From a virus, in the IMG/VR virus record IMGVR_UViG_3300027741_000025, positions 80,364-144,363 of that record: 64,000 nt of DNA. The stretch is one strand, 5' to 3'. The notes under the pieces were generated by a model. That model was not told the origin of the DNA and searched no databases. It worked only from the letters and a program-made list of their open reading frames with translations. Positions 42,955 to 52,797 of the stretch are shown here, piece by piece. The stretch's first letter is position 1. Every line of letters begins with the position of its first letter. Both the position numbers and the translations under genes were made by a program.

Positions 42955-44202
42955 ATTAGGATTTATTTCTATTTGATAAACACCTGTTTCGATATTTTTT
43001 AATAGTCTATAAGGTTGTAGGAAACCTTTGTAACATGGTCCTGGTTGAAATCCTCCGGGGGTAGTGTTTGTTTTGGTACATTTACATTTCCCTTGTGGAT
43101 AAATGATTAAATATTCTCCATCTGAAACGAAAGCTGTGCTTACCTGATTATTTATAACCAAGGCAAAGCTGCTACAAGAACTACAGAATCCACTTATAAC
43201 ACCTGCGAATATAACACCATCGCCTACGGCATACATTCTTCCAGTTGATGACTCAAATTCTAAGCAGCAGCCTGTGGTCCTAATTTGTGCAGTTATATTA
43301 CAACTTGTTGCTTGAGTAGATAAAATAGGCTCTGATTGTATTTTAGTATTTTCTGTCGCCAAGATTGATTTATAAGAATCTGTTTGTATAAAACTTTTGC
43401 TCAAACACGGAAGTGTTTTAAGTACCCAACTACCTCCAACTTCTCCACCATATCCATTATCTTTTCCGCCAAAAGTTACAGAATTTCCAGGCTGCAAAAG
43501 TTTTTCATAGCTATATCCGTGGCTACCGTTGTCTCCATCTACACTACCACAAACGCCATAGCCGCTCCAATTAAATGGAAACTCGCCAGGTTGATATATA
43601 TCGCCATTAATTATAACTTCATCATTAGCCCCACCAAAAACCGTCAATAAAGCAGGGACTCTAAAGTTATTAGTTACAACATACACATTATCAATACGCT
43701 GACAATCTGCTAATCCTGCACTAAAAGATCCGCTCTCGGTTAAACAATCACCTGGGCAGTTATTATCAGGCACTGGGCAGGATATTGAGTAATCCCATCG
43801 AGTTCCTCCATCAGGATTAGCTTTAACGCTAACGCTAATTGCTGTTACTCCTGCTTCTTTACAAAACCTGATCTCTTTACCACCAGATACTGGTCCTGTG
43901 TCTACGTATACTTTTCCGTTACTACCTTGTACTTTAAAACTGTCTGGCACCGCATATGCATTATAGATAAAAGTAACAATACCGGCATATGATGGGAATG
44001 TATAGATGTCAAATGCATCTTTGTTTTCACCAGATGATGTGGATGTTCCGCATGGCTTTTGATCTTGAGTAACACAATTAAAATCAAAATTTATATAATC
44101 ATAACAATCTTGTTTTAATACACCAGGAAATTCGCACTTATCCCAATGCCCAGTTACACCTCTTGCATATGGTGGATTACACGTCATCATTCTCCTTGCC
44201 AA
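42925..44202 (-). CDS. Cys-rich putative virion/surface protein
   Basis: More than 20 Cys; YNAYAVPD.F.V...VDTG.VSG beta-sandwich pattern. Confidence 0.55.
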   Translation of the reverse strand: MARRMMTCNPPYARGVTGHWDKCEFPGVLKQDCYDYINFDFNCVTQDQKPCGTSTSSGENKDAFDIYTFPSYAGIVTFIYNAYAVPDSFKVQGSNGKVYVDTGPVSGGKEIRFCKEAGVTAISVSVKANPDGGTRWDYSISCPVPDNNCPGDCLTESGSFSAGLADCQRIDNVYVVTNNFRVPALLTVFGGANDEVIINGDIYQPGEFPFNWSGYGVCGSVDGDNGSHGYSYEKLLQPGNSVTFGGKDNGYGGEVGGSWVLKTLPCLSKSFIQTDSYKSILATENTKIQSEPILSTQATSCNITAQIRTTGCCLEFESSTGRMYAVGDGVIFAGVISGFCSSCSSFALVINNQVSTAFVSDGEYLIIYPQGKCKCTKTNTTPGGFQPGPCYKGFLQPYRLLKNIETGVYQIEINPNLGKNSCGCG

Positions 44203-44446
44203 AGAAACCTTCTGGGTATTCTATTTTGACTTTATTTTTATCTTCTTTATCTTCAAACCATCTAACTTGATCTACTTGTATTTGCAACTCCTCTAGATGG
44301 CAATTATCTTCGGGAAACACAGGTAAATTTCTATGCGTCCCATCAATTAATATAGCTACTTTACACTCCATTTTTTTTCTGTTAAAAAGAAAACAGTTTT
44401 TACATTTGTGTTCCATAATGCTTTTTGCTAAAATAGCCCCTCGCAC
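44177..44446 (-). CDS. Small Cys-containing hypothetical protein
   Basis: CKNC..C..C; start uncertain. Confidence 0.5.
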   Translation of the reverse strand: MRGAILAKSIMEHKCKNCFLFNRKKMECKVAILIDGTHRNLPVFPEDNCHLEELQIQVDQVRWFEDKEDKNKVKIEYPEGFFGKENDDV

Positions 44447-44464
44447 ACTTAATAGAGTAAAAAC

Positions 44465-45427
44465 ATGATAATATCCATCTCTGGGCGTAAGCTGAGCGGG
44501 AAAACAACACTTGCAAATGAAGCTATTAAAAAAGGCTTCATAAAAATCAGTTTTGCAGACAAATTAAAAAGAATAACATCAGAATTGATAAAATGCCCAG
44601 TAGAAGATCTTAGCGATCCCATCAAAAAAGAAGAAAAATTCAAGACACCATTACATTGGTTAGATTTAAAAGATAAATTGGAAAAAATTCTAAATTTATC
44701 TTTGACTAATGGTATTAAAAACGAATTGCTTGAAAGTAAAAGAGATGTATTGCAATTTGTTGGAACAGAAGTTCTTAGAAGAGTAGATTCAGAGTATCAT
44801 GTAAATTCTTTAAGAGAGCAAATAGAACCAAATAAAAATTACGTGACTGATGACTGCCGTTTCTTAAACGAATTTCAACTTTTATCAAGTCTTGGCGCTG
44901 TTAGCATATTAGTGATTCGTCCATCTCATATGGTTTATAGTAATCATGAAAGTGAAACGGCATTAAACAGAAAATATTTCAAAAAAATAATCAAAAACAA
45001 TCAATCAAAAGAAAAATTTGTGGAGATGTTTAATAGATTTCTTGACAACAAAACTGACCTTGAAGGAACTATTTCGAGCCGAACAGGCGGACCACTTGAT
45101 GAATTTTTCTTAAATGAAACGCAAGAGTCTTGCTATGCAAGTGGTGTTCTTTACTCATGTAGCAGCTTGATCGCTCAGAATGGGAGTAATTTAATTGCAT
45201 TTAATACAAAAATAAATATTCCAAAACCAATAGATCTGTTTAGTTTTGACGGAGATCAAAAAATCATTGATCATGAAATATATTTAGATGATTTTAAGAG
45301 ATGGAATATATTAAAAGAAAATAAGGATATGAACTTGTATCCAGAAATACTTGAAAATAAAGAAAAATTAAAAGAATACTGGCGGAAGGGAATTCAAGAT
45401 GGCTTAGCTTCTAAAACAAGTCGTTAA
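44465..45427 (+). CDS. Deoxynucleoside monophosphate kinase (T4 gp1-like) with C-terminal extension
   Basis: ISGRKLSGKTT, SFADKLK, RDVLQFVGTEVLR, DCRFLNE, H.SE. Confidence 0.85.
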   Translation: MIISISGRKLSGKTTLANEAIKKGFIKISFADKLKRITSELIKCPVEDLSDPIKKEEKFKTPLHWLDLKDKLEKILNLSLTNGIKNELLESKRDVLQFVGTEVLRRVDSEYHVNSLREQIEPNKNYVTDDCRFLNEFQLLSSLGAVSILVIRPSHMVYSNHESETALNRKYFKKIIKNNQSKEKFVEMFNRFLDNKTDLEGTISSRTGGPLDEFFLNETQESCYASGVLYSCSSLIAQNGSNLIAFNTKINIPKPIDLFSFDGDQKIIDHEIYLDDFKRWNILKENKDMNLYPEILENKEKLKEYWRKGIQDGLASKTSR

Positions 45428-46091
45428 AGCTGCCTTTATTTCTTGCTGCTTGCTTTAGTTTGCCAATACCTTTTTCTGTCATTACGACAAACTTCCATCC
45501 TCTATTTTTACAAAAAACATCACAGCTATTCCATTTAGCGTGATTTTTGGGTAGATCTGTTTGGTTGCTTGGCTTTATCTCCCAAACCTCTGTGTGACCG
45601 TCTGTGAAGTTTACAACAAGGTCTGGGTTGTAGTCGTGCTTTTCTCCTTCAAATAAATAAGGAACCTTAAAAGGCTCTACATCATAAGACAAAACTTCTT
45701 CTATATGTTCAAGGGCTTCATATACTTCGCACTCATACCCACTTCTATAGTGCATTTCTCGCCCATCATTTTTTAGGCTAACCATATAGCCTTCTCTAAA
45801 ATTGGGTCTTCTAGTTTTCTTTTCTCCCTTGCCATTAAAGTCTCTCCAAATAGTAGCCTTGGTTTGCATAACCTTTGGCATAACTTCATTTGGGTGATGA
45901 ACCTTAAAATGAGTTCTCACACATCTAACTGGAAAGCTGCATCTCTGAAGTGGGCAAACAACATAATCTCTGCCCATTTCATGCTTGTCTATTATATGTG
46001 TTCTATACTCTTGCATATCTTCTGTGGATACTCCACAAACGAAACACACATATTTTCTCAGACTGTTATTCTTTGGAAAATCGAAAGTCAT
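45411..46091 (-). CDS. TnsA-like/T4 gp4-type head-completion nuclease with N-terminal C2H2 fingers
   Basis: YRSGYE..YDVEPFKVPY...YNPDLVV....EVWEIKP..K; CFVC..H..H and CPLQRC..H...HH. Confidence 0.8.
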   Translation of the reverse strand: MTFDFPKNNSLRKYVCFVCGVSTEDMQEYRTHIIDKHEMGRDYVVCPLQRCSFPVRCVRTHFKVHHPNEVMPKVMQTKATIWRDFNGKGEKKTRRPNFREGYMVSLKNDGREMHYRSGYECEVYEALEHIEEVLSYDVEPFKVPYLFEGEKHDYNPDLVVNFTDGHTEVWEIKPSNQTDLPKNHAKWNSCDVFCKNRGWKFVVMTEKGIGKLKQAARNKGSFNDLF

Positions 46092-46443
46092 TGTAATTCT
46101 TGTCTTTTATTATTTTTTTAATAATTTCATCTCTGTCCACAAAACTTATATCCTTTAAATCTTTGTGTGAGAATAAGTGAGTAGAATTTTGTCCTTTTAA
46201 AGAAGGAATTAATTTAACAGCCATAAACTTGATATCTTCCTTCCAATTTTTTGGAAGATCTTCATCAGAATTTTTAATTTTGGCAAAGACTACTCTGCTA
46301 TCTTCATCAGAAGCATATAATTCTTTTTTATACTCAAAAAAAAGAGTATATTTATTCTCATCTAAGTATGAACTTACCTTAGTTTGCTTTTCTTGATCTT
46401 CAAGAAAAAAAGAAAAACTCATATTATTAGTATTGTTTGGCAT
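46066..46443 (-). CDS. Hypothetical protein
   Basis: Full ORF; start either 46443 or 46422 (MSFSFFLE). Confidence 0.55.
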   Translation of the reverse strand: MPNNTNNMSFSFFLEDQEKQTKVSSYLDENKYTLFFEYKKELYASDEDSRVVFAKIKNSDEDLPKNWKEDIKFMAVKLIPSLKGQNSTHLFSHKDLKDISFVDRDEIIKKIIKDKNYNDFRFSKE

Positions 46444-46454
46444 ATATATTATAA

Positions 46455-46820
46455 ATGTATTTATCAAACTTTAAAAACTTTTTTGAAGAAAATAAACCTG
46501 ATTATCTCCAAACTGGCTTAGGTACAGAATTGGAAATGGATTGGGATGACATAGTTAAAGCTCTGGAGAAAGAGAATTGGTTCACAGCGAATATGCCACT
46601 AGGTGATCTAAACTACAAACTTGGTAAATGGAAAATAGTAAAAGGCACCTTGTCTCCAGAAGGATGCAACATAGTGGCAAAAAACAACAAAAGATCTTAT
46701 GTAGATGGAAGACTGAACAAATCCAAAGAACAAGATGGAGAAATATACCACCTCAACAGAGAACAACTAATTAGTTTTCTTACCCAAGGTTGGAGTGGTG
46801 CAGCACCAGCGCCATCTTGA
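46455..46820 (+). CDS. Hypothetical protein (FKNFFEE N-terminus)
   Basis: Full ORF. Confidence 0.6.
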   Translation: MYLSNFKNFFEENKPDYLQTGLGTELEMDWDDIVKALEKENWFTANMPLGDLNYKLGKWKIVKGTLSPEGCNIVAKNNKRSYVDGRLNKSKEQDGEIYHLNREQLISFLTQGWSGAAPAPS

Positions 46821-46840
46821 CATCCCTGAAAGGGGGCAAA

Positions 46841-47419
46841 ATGAGCAATTTTTACGAGGAATCCGATGATCAATTTGTGGATGACATATTATCAAACAGA
46901 CAAACTAAAAAAATCAATTCAAAGAAAAAAGGAAATAGAAACGAATTGGAATTTGCAAAAATACTAACTAAACGTTTTAACAAAGGCTTCTCAAGAAGCG
47001 TAGGCAGCGGCAACAGATGGTCGCAAACAGCATTTCTACCGAAGCACGCACAAAAAGTGTTTTCTTCTGACCTAGTAGTGCCTAAGAATTTCAAGTTCGC
47101 CCTTGAAGTAAAAGGCGGATATAACGGAATAGATTTAAATTCAATATTTATAAGAGGAAATAGTGATTTAGATAAATTTCTTGTACAGGCATTCAAGGAT
47201 GCAAAAAGAGCTGGGAAGAAGCCTTTATTGGCTTGGAAAAAGGATAGAAAACCTTGGTTGGTTTTTATCTTAAGCAAAGACGCTCAAAACCTAGATTTCA
47301 AATACATGCTCACATACAACAAGTGGACAGCAGTAGCTCTTGATGAATTTTTGAAATTAAATGACAGTTTTTTCTTTAATTCTACGGAGAAAAAAGAAGA
47401 GAAGAAATCAGACGAATAA
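46841..47419 (+). CDS. Holliday-junction-resolvase-like PD-(D/E)xK nuclease
   Basis: NSKKKGNRNELE...SDLV......LEVK...PLLAWK.DR..W. Confidence 0.75.
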   Translation: MSNFYEESDDQFVDDILSNRQTKKINSKKKGNRNELEFAKILTKRFNKGFSRSVGSGNRWSQTAFLPKHAQKVFSSDLVVPKNFKFALEVKGGYNGIDLNSIFIRGNSDLDKFLVQAFKDAKRAGKKPLLAWKKDRKPWLVFILSKDAQNLDFKYMLTYNKWTAVALDEFLKLNDSFFFNSTEKKEEKKSDE

Positions 47420-47941
47420 TTTTTCTTCCAATCTCTTCAAAGAATCTGCTTTTCTACCCTTTTCAGAAACAATCAAAAGATTGTCTTCTATTCCCCAATT
47501 TATGTTTATCTCAGGAGAGCTATAAATTAGAGACGGTTCTATTGATGGGTCATAAAAAGCATCCTGCATATAAACAACACTAGTGTTTTCTTCCAAACTC
47601 AAAAAGGCGTGCCCACAAAATTCAGGAATTAATAATTGAGTGTTGCTATTATCAAGAATTATCTTATAATGCTTTAAATAAGTTGGAGAATTTCTTCTTA
47701 AGTCTACACAGACATCTAAGATTTTGCCGGAAACGCATGTTACAAGCTTTTTAAAGGGAGCAACATGTATTCCTCTCAGAGAATATTTTTTATTGAAAGA
47801 GTAATTAACCTGAATTGGTTTAAAACTAACTCCTTTAAATACATTGGCATGAAATATTTCTTGGAAAAACCCTCTGTCGTCAAAATATTGCTTGTGCTCT
47901 AACACTTTGCAACCACTAATTTCTGTAGATTTCAAAAACAT
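47408..47941 (-). CDS. rmlC: dTDP-4-dehydrorhamnose 3,5-epimerase
   Basis: DDRGFFQE, LRGIH, KLVTCVSG.ILDV.VDLR..SPT, IPEFCGHAF.SL. Confidence 0.9.
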   Translation of the reverse strand: MFLKSTEISGCKVLEHKQYFDDRGFFQEIFHANVFKGVSFKPIQVNYSFNKKYSLRGIHVAPFKKLVTCVSGKILDVCVDLRRNSPTYLKHYKIILDNSNTQLLIPEFCGHAFLSLEENTSVVYMQDAFYDPSIEPSLIYSSPEININWGIEDNLLIVSEKGRKADSLKRLEEKLFV

Positions 47942-48497
47942 GGAAGAATTAATTTTAGTTTTAAATAAAAACTTTCAACCTGTGGACATCGCACACTATA
48001 GAAGAGCTATAATTTTAATTTTTTTGGAAAAAGCCAAAATTGTAGAGTCAAAATCTTACAACATATATGAATGGAATGAATGGAAAAACCTAGATTTGCC
48101 GGGATACAAAACAATAAAAACGGTAAATAAAGATTTTCCTATACCTGAAATAATTATTCTCTCAAAGTATGAAAAAATACAAAAAAGAAGATTTAATGCA
48201 AATAAAAAAAACATATACAAAAGAGACAATGCAGAATGTCAGTATTGCCTAGAGCCGTTGACCTATGCGCAATCCACGCTAGATCATATATACCCAAAAA
48301 GCAAAAATGGAAAGCTTAGCTGGGAGAACTGTGTTTTATCCTGTAGGAGATGCAATCATAAAAAAGCAAACTTGTCCTTGCAAGAAGCAGGAATGGTGCT
48401 TAAAAAACCTCCAAAATCCCCAAACTCAGATCTTTTCTATTTATATTCAAAAAATATGCCAGAATCTTGGAAAGTATTTGTAAAGAAATCTATATAA
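47940..48497 (+). CDS. HNH endonuclease (McrA-like)
   Basis: LVLNKNFQP, RDNAECQYC, TLDHIYPKSKNG..SWEN.V.SC..CN..K. Confidence 0.9.
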   Translation: MEELILVLNKNFQPVDIAHYRRAIILIFLEKAKIVESKSYNIYEWNEWKNLDLPGYKTIKTVNKDFPIPEIIILSKYEKIQKRRFNANKKNIYKRDNAECQYCLEPLTYAQSTLDHIYPKSKNGKLSWENCVLSCRRCNHKKANLSLQEAGMVLKKPPKSPNSDLFYLYSKNMPESWKVFVKKSI

Positions 48498-48501
48498 TTA
48501 T

Positions 48502-48639
48502 GTGAAGAATAAAAAAAGCTTTATAGACGTATCGATTGTTTGCTATTATGCTTTGACAGGCACAATAACCGGATTGTTTAGCTTTTTTACAAATTTTTTC
48601 CTAAATAAGATTGTAAACAAACCAACCAAAAAAGAATAG
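48502..48639 (+). CDS. 45-aa membrane peptide (absent from ORF track)
   Basis: GTG start after CTATATA; one hydrophobic segment; fills the gap. Confidence 0.45.
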   Translation: MKNKKSFIDVSIVCYYALTGTITGLFSFFTNFFLNKIVNKPTKKE

Positions 48640-48646
48640 GCTAAAT

Positions 48647-48928
48647 ATGAATTTTTACAAAATGATGAAAGTTTTGGAGGTAAACACTGTTGGAACAACA
48701 GGAGTGGCTCCTGGGCAGCAAGCAGCAAACACACAGCAAGCCCAACAATCAAACACACAGCAAGCCCAACCAACAAACACACAGCAAGCCCAACCAACAA
48801 ACACACAGCAAGCAAATAATGCTAAGACGGCAAATCCTACGAATCAAAAGCAATTAAGCCCTCAGCAACAACAAGCTGTGGTAGCTCAGATAAAAAAGCT
48901 TTTTGCAAATATTGGAATCAATTTATAA
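48647..48928 (+). CDS. Gln-rich low-complexity protein
   Basis: NTQQAQ repeats. Confidence 0.6.
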   Translation: MNFYKMMKVLEVNTVGTTGVAPGQQAANTQQAQQSNTQQAQPTNTQQAQPTNTQQANNAKTANPTNQKQLSPQQQQAVVAQIKKLFANIGINL

Positions 48929-48934
48929 GCTAAG

Positions 48935-49129
48935 CTAAAACAATCTCTTGGAATAAACCCAACAATTTTTTTTATCACTCCAAATTACTGGGTATTTCTT
49001 TGGGAAAGAATCCAATATATCAAATAATTCCACATCTGTTTTAGATTGTTCTACGGATCTTTGGAAAATCAAAGGATGAAGATCTTTATATCTTTCTTTT
49101 AGTTTAGCAACAGTGTCTTTATTTAGCAT
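48935..49129 (-). CDS. Hypothetical protein
   Basis: Full ORF coupled to its neighbour. Confidence 0.55.
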   Translation of the reverse strand: MLNKDTVAKLKERYKDLHPLIFQRSVEQSKTDVELFDILDSFPKKYPVIWSDKKNCWVYSKRLF

Positions 49130-49376
49130 TTTTCAAATATACTCGCCACAAAGAAAGAGATATTATTCCACCTAAAATAGAAAATAATAATCCAGCAGGA
49201 CGATAAGCATCAGCATCAAACCAAATAAAACAATACAAAAAGCCACCAAGATAAGAGCCTGCGACTCCTACCAATAATGTTGGAATCCAACCAATTGGAT
49301 CTTTTCCAGGATGAATAAACTTAGATATAGAACCAACCATTAATCCAAAGAACAACCAACTCAATATAATAAACAT
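49119..49376 (-). CDS. GlsB/YeaQ/YmgE (transglycosylase-associated) membrane protein
   Basis: W..FGL.VG.I.K...PG.D..G...TLLVGVAGS.LGG. Confidence 0.85.
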   Translation of the reverse strand: MFIILSWLFFGLMVGSISKFIHPGKDPIGWIPTLLVGVAGSYLGGFLYCFIWFDADAYRPAGLLFSILGGIISLSLWRVYLKNAK

Positions 49377-49378
49377 TT

Positions 49379-50242
49379 TTACCTCTTTTCAACTTGCAAG
49401 TAAAAATCTGGGACCTTATTGTCCTTAATTTCACTTGCTAAATCCTTACAGTATCTAGTATATGATTTAGCAAAAGACTCAGAATCAAAATTATAAATCA
49501 GTCCCAAAGAGTCATTTACATTTTCATTGCTGAACAAAAATCTTAAAAATCTACTTTCACCAAACTCTTTTCTTAGCATTAAAGATGCAATTAAGGCTTT
49601 TGAATCAAAATTCTTTGAATCTTCTGCTGACATCTTTTTATATTTGATGTTATCTACGGCGAAAGCATTTGCAACATCTTTTCCATCAACACTTGTTGCT
49701 ATTCTAATATTATCTTTTATCTCAACTAAAGATCTATTAAGCTCTGCCATACCTTTTGTCAAAAAAATATTAGATTTAGTGTTAAACTTTTGATCTATCT
49801 CCAGAACCGAACAAATAGTAACAAAATAAGGAACTGTATCTACCAAATCTTCATCAGTATCCAAGGAAAGCCACAAAGCAATAATCTCAAGCTTTCCATC
49901 AACCATTCTGGCTTCATATCTTGGTTCACTTATATTAAAAAGCTTTTTTAGAAGATCTTTATTAGGAACCACCATTATTCTGCATTCTTTTTCGAATTTA
50001 ATATTTGGCAAACCCCATCTTTTAAGACACCAACTTTTAATATTTTCTATATTGTAGTGGAGCCATCTTCCTTGTTTATTTTCTATACTTAGAATTGTAA
50101 AATTCTCAGTAGTATACCTGTTCCAAACCAGATCTTCGTTCTGTGCAACCTGTTTACCAGCAGGCATTAAAATATTTAAATCTTGAGCAAAAACAACACA
50201 ATTTGATAGAGTCAACACTAACGCTAGTACGGTTTTAAACAT
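49379..50242 (-). CDS. Secreted protein, possible degenerate peptidase MA-like fold
   Basis: Signal peptide; TENFTI, FLTKGMAEL and C-terminal helices; no intact HExxH. Confidence 0.45.
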   Translation of the reverse strand: MFKTVLALVLTLSNCVVFAQDLNILMPAGKQVAQNEDLVWNRYTTENFTILSIENKQGRWLHYNIENIKSWCLKRWGLPNIKFEKECRIMVVPNKDLLKKLFNISEPRYEARMVDGKLEIIALWLSLDTDEDLVDTVPYFVTICSVLEIDQKFNTKSNIFLTKGMAELNRSLVEIKDNIRIATSVDGKDVANAFAVDNIKYKKMSAEDSKNFDSKALIASLMLRKEFGESRFLRFLFSNENVNDSLGLIYNFDSESFAKSYTRYCKDLASEIKDNKVPDFYLQVEKR

Positions 50243-50284
50243 TTTTTACCTCATTTTGATCTAGTCTATTATAGCAAAAAACTT

Positions 50285-51526
50285 TTAGTAATCTATTGTC
50301 TTTCTTGCAATAGCATCTATTATTTGTTCTTCTCTTATACTAATAATTAGTTTAGGATTATTATACCAATACTTTGAATTGAATAATCCTATTTTATCAT
50401 AAAATATAAAATCATCTCCAAAATAATTAATATTTGTAAATAAATATTTATTTATAACATCGAAATTAAACTTAAATTCAAACTTAGTGCTGTATGCACA
50501 AACAAACTCGCTTGGTATTTGAATTATGAGCTTCGAATCAGATTCGACTCCAGAATAAATCCTTTTAAATGTCATTGCAAATCTCCAGTAATATGCAGCT
50601 AGACTCACGTTAACACAGGCAAGATCAAAAGATAAAAACCACTTCTCAGAAGAAGATTCATAATATAACTTCTTGTTCCAGGAATCACTTAGTTTACTAT
50701 GAGCTAATTCAAAATTAGAATTAAACTCTTTGTTATTCAAATAAATAAAATTTCCAAAATAATTCAAATTAGTTAAATTGTTCTGAAAGTAGAGCTTAGA
50801 TGATATTTGATTACATCCCGGACATTGAGAATTAACATATGGTATAGGAACTACAAGATTATTTACAGAGGTAACGTCAGCAGGTGGAACTTCTACAGGC
50901 GTAGGAGTTGGAGTGAGGGTAGGAGTGGGTGTTGGCGTTCCTGTGGGTGTAGGATCAATATCATTTTTTGTGAAAACAATATCAACGTTATCTGAAATGA
51001 AAGATGAGGCGCATCCAACGCACCTATATGTTGTAAGGTTATTAATAAATGAAATTGATCCAGACCCCGCTATACCCGAGTAGGAATTAAACTTAAAATT
51101 AAAATAAACATCATTGCTTATTAAGCTAGAACACTCTGGAACGTCTTTAAAAGAAACTTCTTGAAGAATATTACAATCATCATTTTGATCAACATATAAA
51201 TTTTCTGCAGGTCTAGACCACTTCTTCACACTGCACAGTTGCCAATTCCAATTAGTACTTGTGAGTTCTTGGCAAATCTCGCTAACACTGTTGGATAATA
51301 TAGTTTGAAAATAAGTGGTGGGAACACTATCGCATTTAGCATCATCGGTTTTGATCGGTGGACAGCCTGAACCTGGGAGGTTCTGATACGTGCTTTTGCA
51401 GCAACCTCTTACTTGGTACCAATAAGATGATAAATTACCAGTCTTCCATGTAAATTCTTTACTGAAAGAAGTGCTAAATGTATAATTATATGAAAAAGAT
51501 TTATTAAACGATAAAGAAGATCCCAT
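50285..51526 (-). CDS. Cys-containing putative structural protein with short PT linker
   Basis: [17 protein letters not shown]; CTAAATA upstream. Confidence 0.55.
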   Translation of the reverse strand: MGSSLSFNKSFSYNYTFSTSFSKEFTWKTGNLSSYWYQVRGCCKSTYQNLPGSGCPPIKTDDAKCDSVPTTYFQTILSNSVSEICQELTSTNWNWQLCSVKKWSRPAENLYVDQNDDCNILQEVSFKDVPECSSLISNDVYFNFKFNSYSGIAGSGSISFINNLTTYRCVGCASSFISDNVDIVFTKNDIDPTPTGTPTPTPTLTPTPTPVEVPPADVTSVNNLVVPIPYVNSQCPGCNQISSKLYFQNNLTNLNYFGNFIYLNNKEFNSNFELAHSKLSDSWNKKLYYESSSEKWFLSFDLACVNVSLAAYYWRFAMTFKRIYSGVESDSKLIIQIPSEFVCAYSTKFEFKFNFDVINKYLFTNINYFGDDFIFYDKIGLFNSKYWYNNPKLIISIREEQIIDAIARKTIDY

Positions 51527-51543
51527 ATAAGTATATTTAGGGA

Positions 51544-52296
51544 CTATTCGCCAATCTTACTTAGAATTCTGGAGATTACTGGATTTCTTATTATATCTGT
51601 ATTTTGAAGCTTGTATGTTCCCACAGACTCTATATCTTGAAGTTTCTCATGCCAATATATTAAACCAGACTTGCCTGAGGGTAAATCTGACTGCTTGTCG
51701 TCTCCCACTAAAACAGCCTTACTATTAAATCCAACTCTAGTTATAAACAGCTTTATTTCTTGATAAGAGCAATTTTGAGCCTCATCAAGTATCATGTAAG
51801 CATCATGATAATTCATTCCACGCATATAAGCCAGCGGAGCTATTATTATTTCTTCGGTTCCCCTGTGATTTATTCCATTATTAATAAGAGTCTGGAGTTG
51901 TTGTTTGCTTATATATTGTAATAATTCATAGTAAATTGGCTGTAAATAAGGGTCTAATTTTTCAGCATAGCCTCCTGGAAGGAAGCCCATAGAAGAACCA
52001 ACCTCGACTACCGGTCTGGTTACTATTAGCCTCTTATAATCACCCATTAAAAGCTTTTCAATACCATATGCAACAGAGAGTTTCGTTTTTCCTGAGCCTG
52101 GTGGACCCATGGCTATCGTAACTGTGTTCTCTGCTATAGTCCTTATTAGCTGCGCCTGATTCTCTGTTTTAGGTTTCAACTTTGGCTTGAAATCTTTTAC
52201 AGGTGAATAATAATCGGGCTTGGAAGAATTCTGAGGAACCTCTTTTTTCCTTTGGTCAGAAGGCTTAGCCTTCTTGTTTTTTCTTCGTGATTTCAT
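51544..52296 (-). CDS. phoH: PhoH-family ATPase
   Basis: PKTENQ, GPPGSGKT, TRP.VE, GFLPG, PLAYMRG, ILDEAQN, GD..Q.D, DIIRNP. Confidence 0.95.
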   Translation of the reverse strand: MKSRRKNKKAKPSDQRKKEVPQNSSKPDYYSPVKDFKPKLKPKTENQAQLIRTIAENTVTIAMGPPGSGKTKLSVAYGIEKLLMGDYKRLIVTRPVVEVGSSMGFLPGGYAEKLDPYLQPIYYELLQYISKQQLQTLINNGINHRGTEEIIIAPLAYMRGMNYHDAYMILDEAQNCSYQEIKLFITRVGFNSKAVLVGDDKQSDLPSGKSGLIYWHEKLQDIESVGTYKLQNTDIIRNPVISRILSKIGE

Positions 52297-52318
52297 GTTG
52301 TTAATAGTATATATTAAT

Positions 52319-52777
52319 ATGTTAAAAATAAATTTCAAATATTTTCTTGAATCAGAAGAAAAATCAAACTTAGAAAAAACAATTTCAAGATTGCCCAAGA
52401 AACATAGAGAGCTTATCCATAACTACAAATTCAAATATAAAGACAAAACAACATTGGACAAAAAAAATGTAGGGTTGTTGTGTGGAGATAAAATTGAGAT
52501 AGCCGGAGGCTGGAACTACAGCAAAGAATTCGTAACTCTACACGAGATAGGACACGTTGTTTGGGAGAAATTATCTTCTTCAGAAAAACACAAGTGGAAA
52601 GATCTGTTGTCTAAAACAATAGATGATCAAAAAAAGAAAGCGGATAAAGTTAGCAAATCATCTTTAGATCAAAATCCCGAAGAAATATTTGCAATGACAT
52701 ATGCGTGTGCATATTCAAAACACCCATCGCATTATTTTTATAACAAAAAATGGATTAAATTTGTGAAGTCGATTTAA
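52319..52777 (+). CDS. HExxH zinc metallopeptidase-like protein
   Basis: TLHEIGHVVW and NPEEIFA third-ligand motif. Confidence 0.7.
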   Translation: MLKINFKYFLESEEKSNLEKTISRLPKKHRELIHNYKFKYKDKTTLDKKNVGLLCGDKIEIAGGWNYSKEFVTLHEIGHVVWEKLSSSEKHKWKDLLSKTIDDQKKKADKVSKSSLDQNPEEIFAMTYACAYSKHPSHYFYNKKWIKFVKSI

Positions 52778-52797
52778 ACATGTAAACTACCCAGCCC

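Noticed and set aside
45411-46091. Tn7-like transposon
   Set aside because: No TnsB/C or transposon ends; the context fits a phage head-completion nuclease
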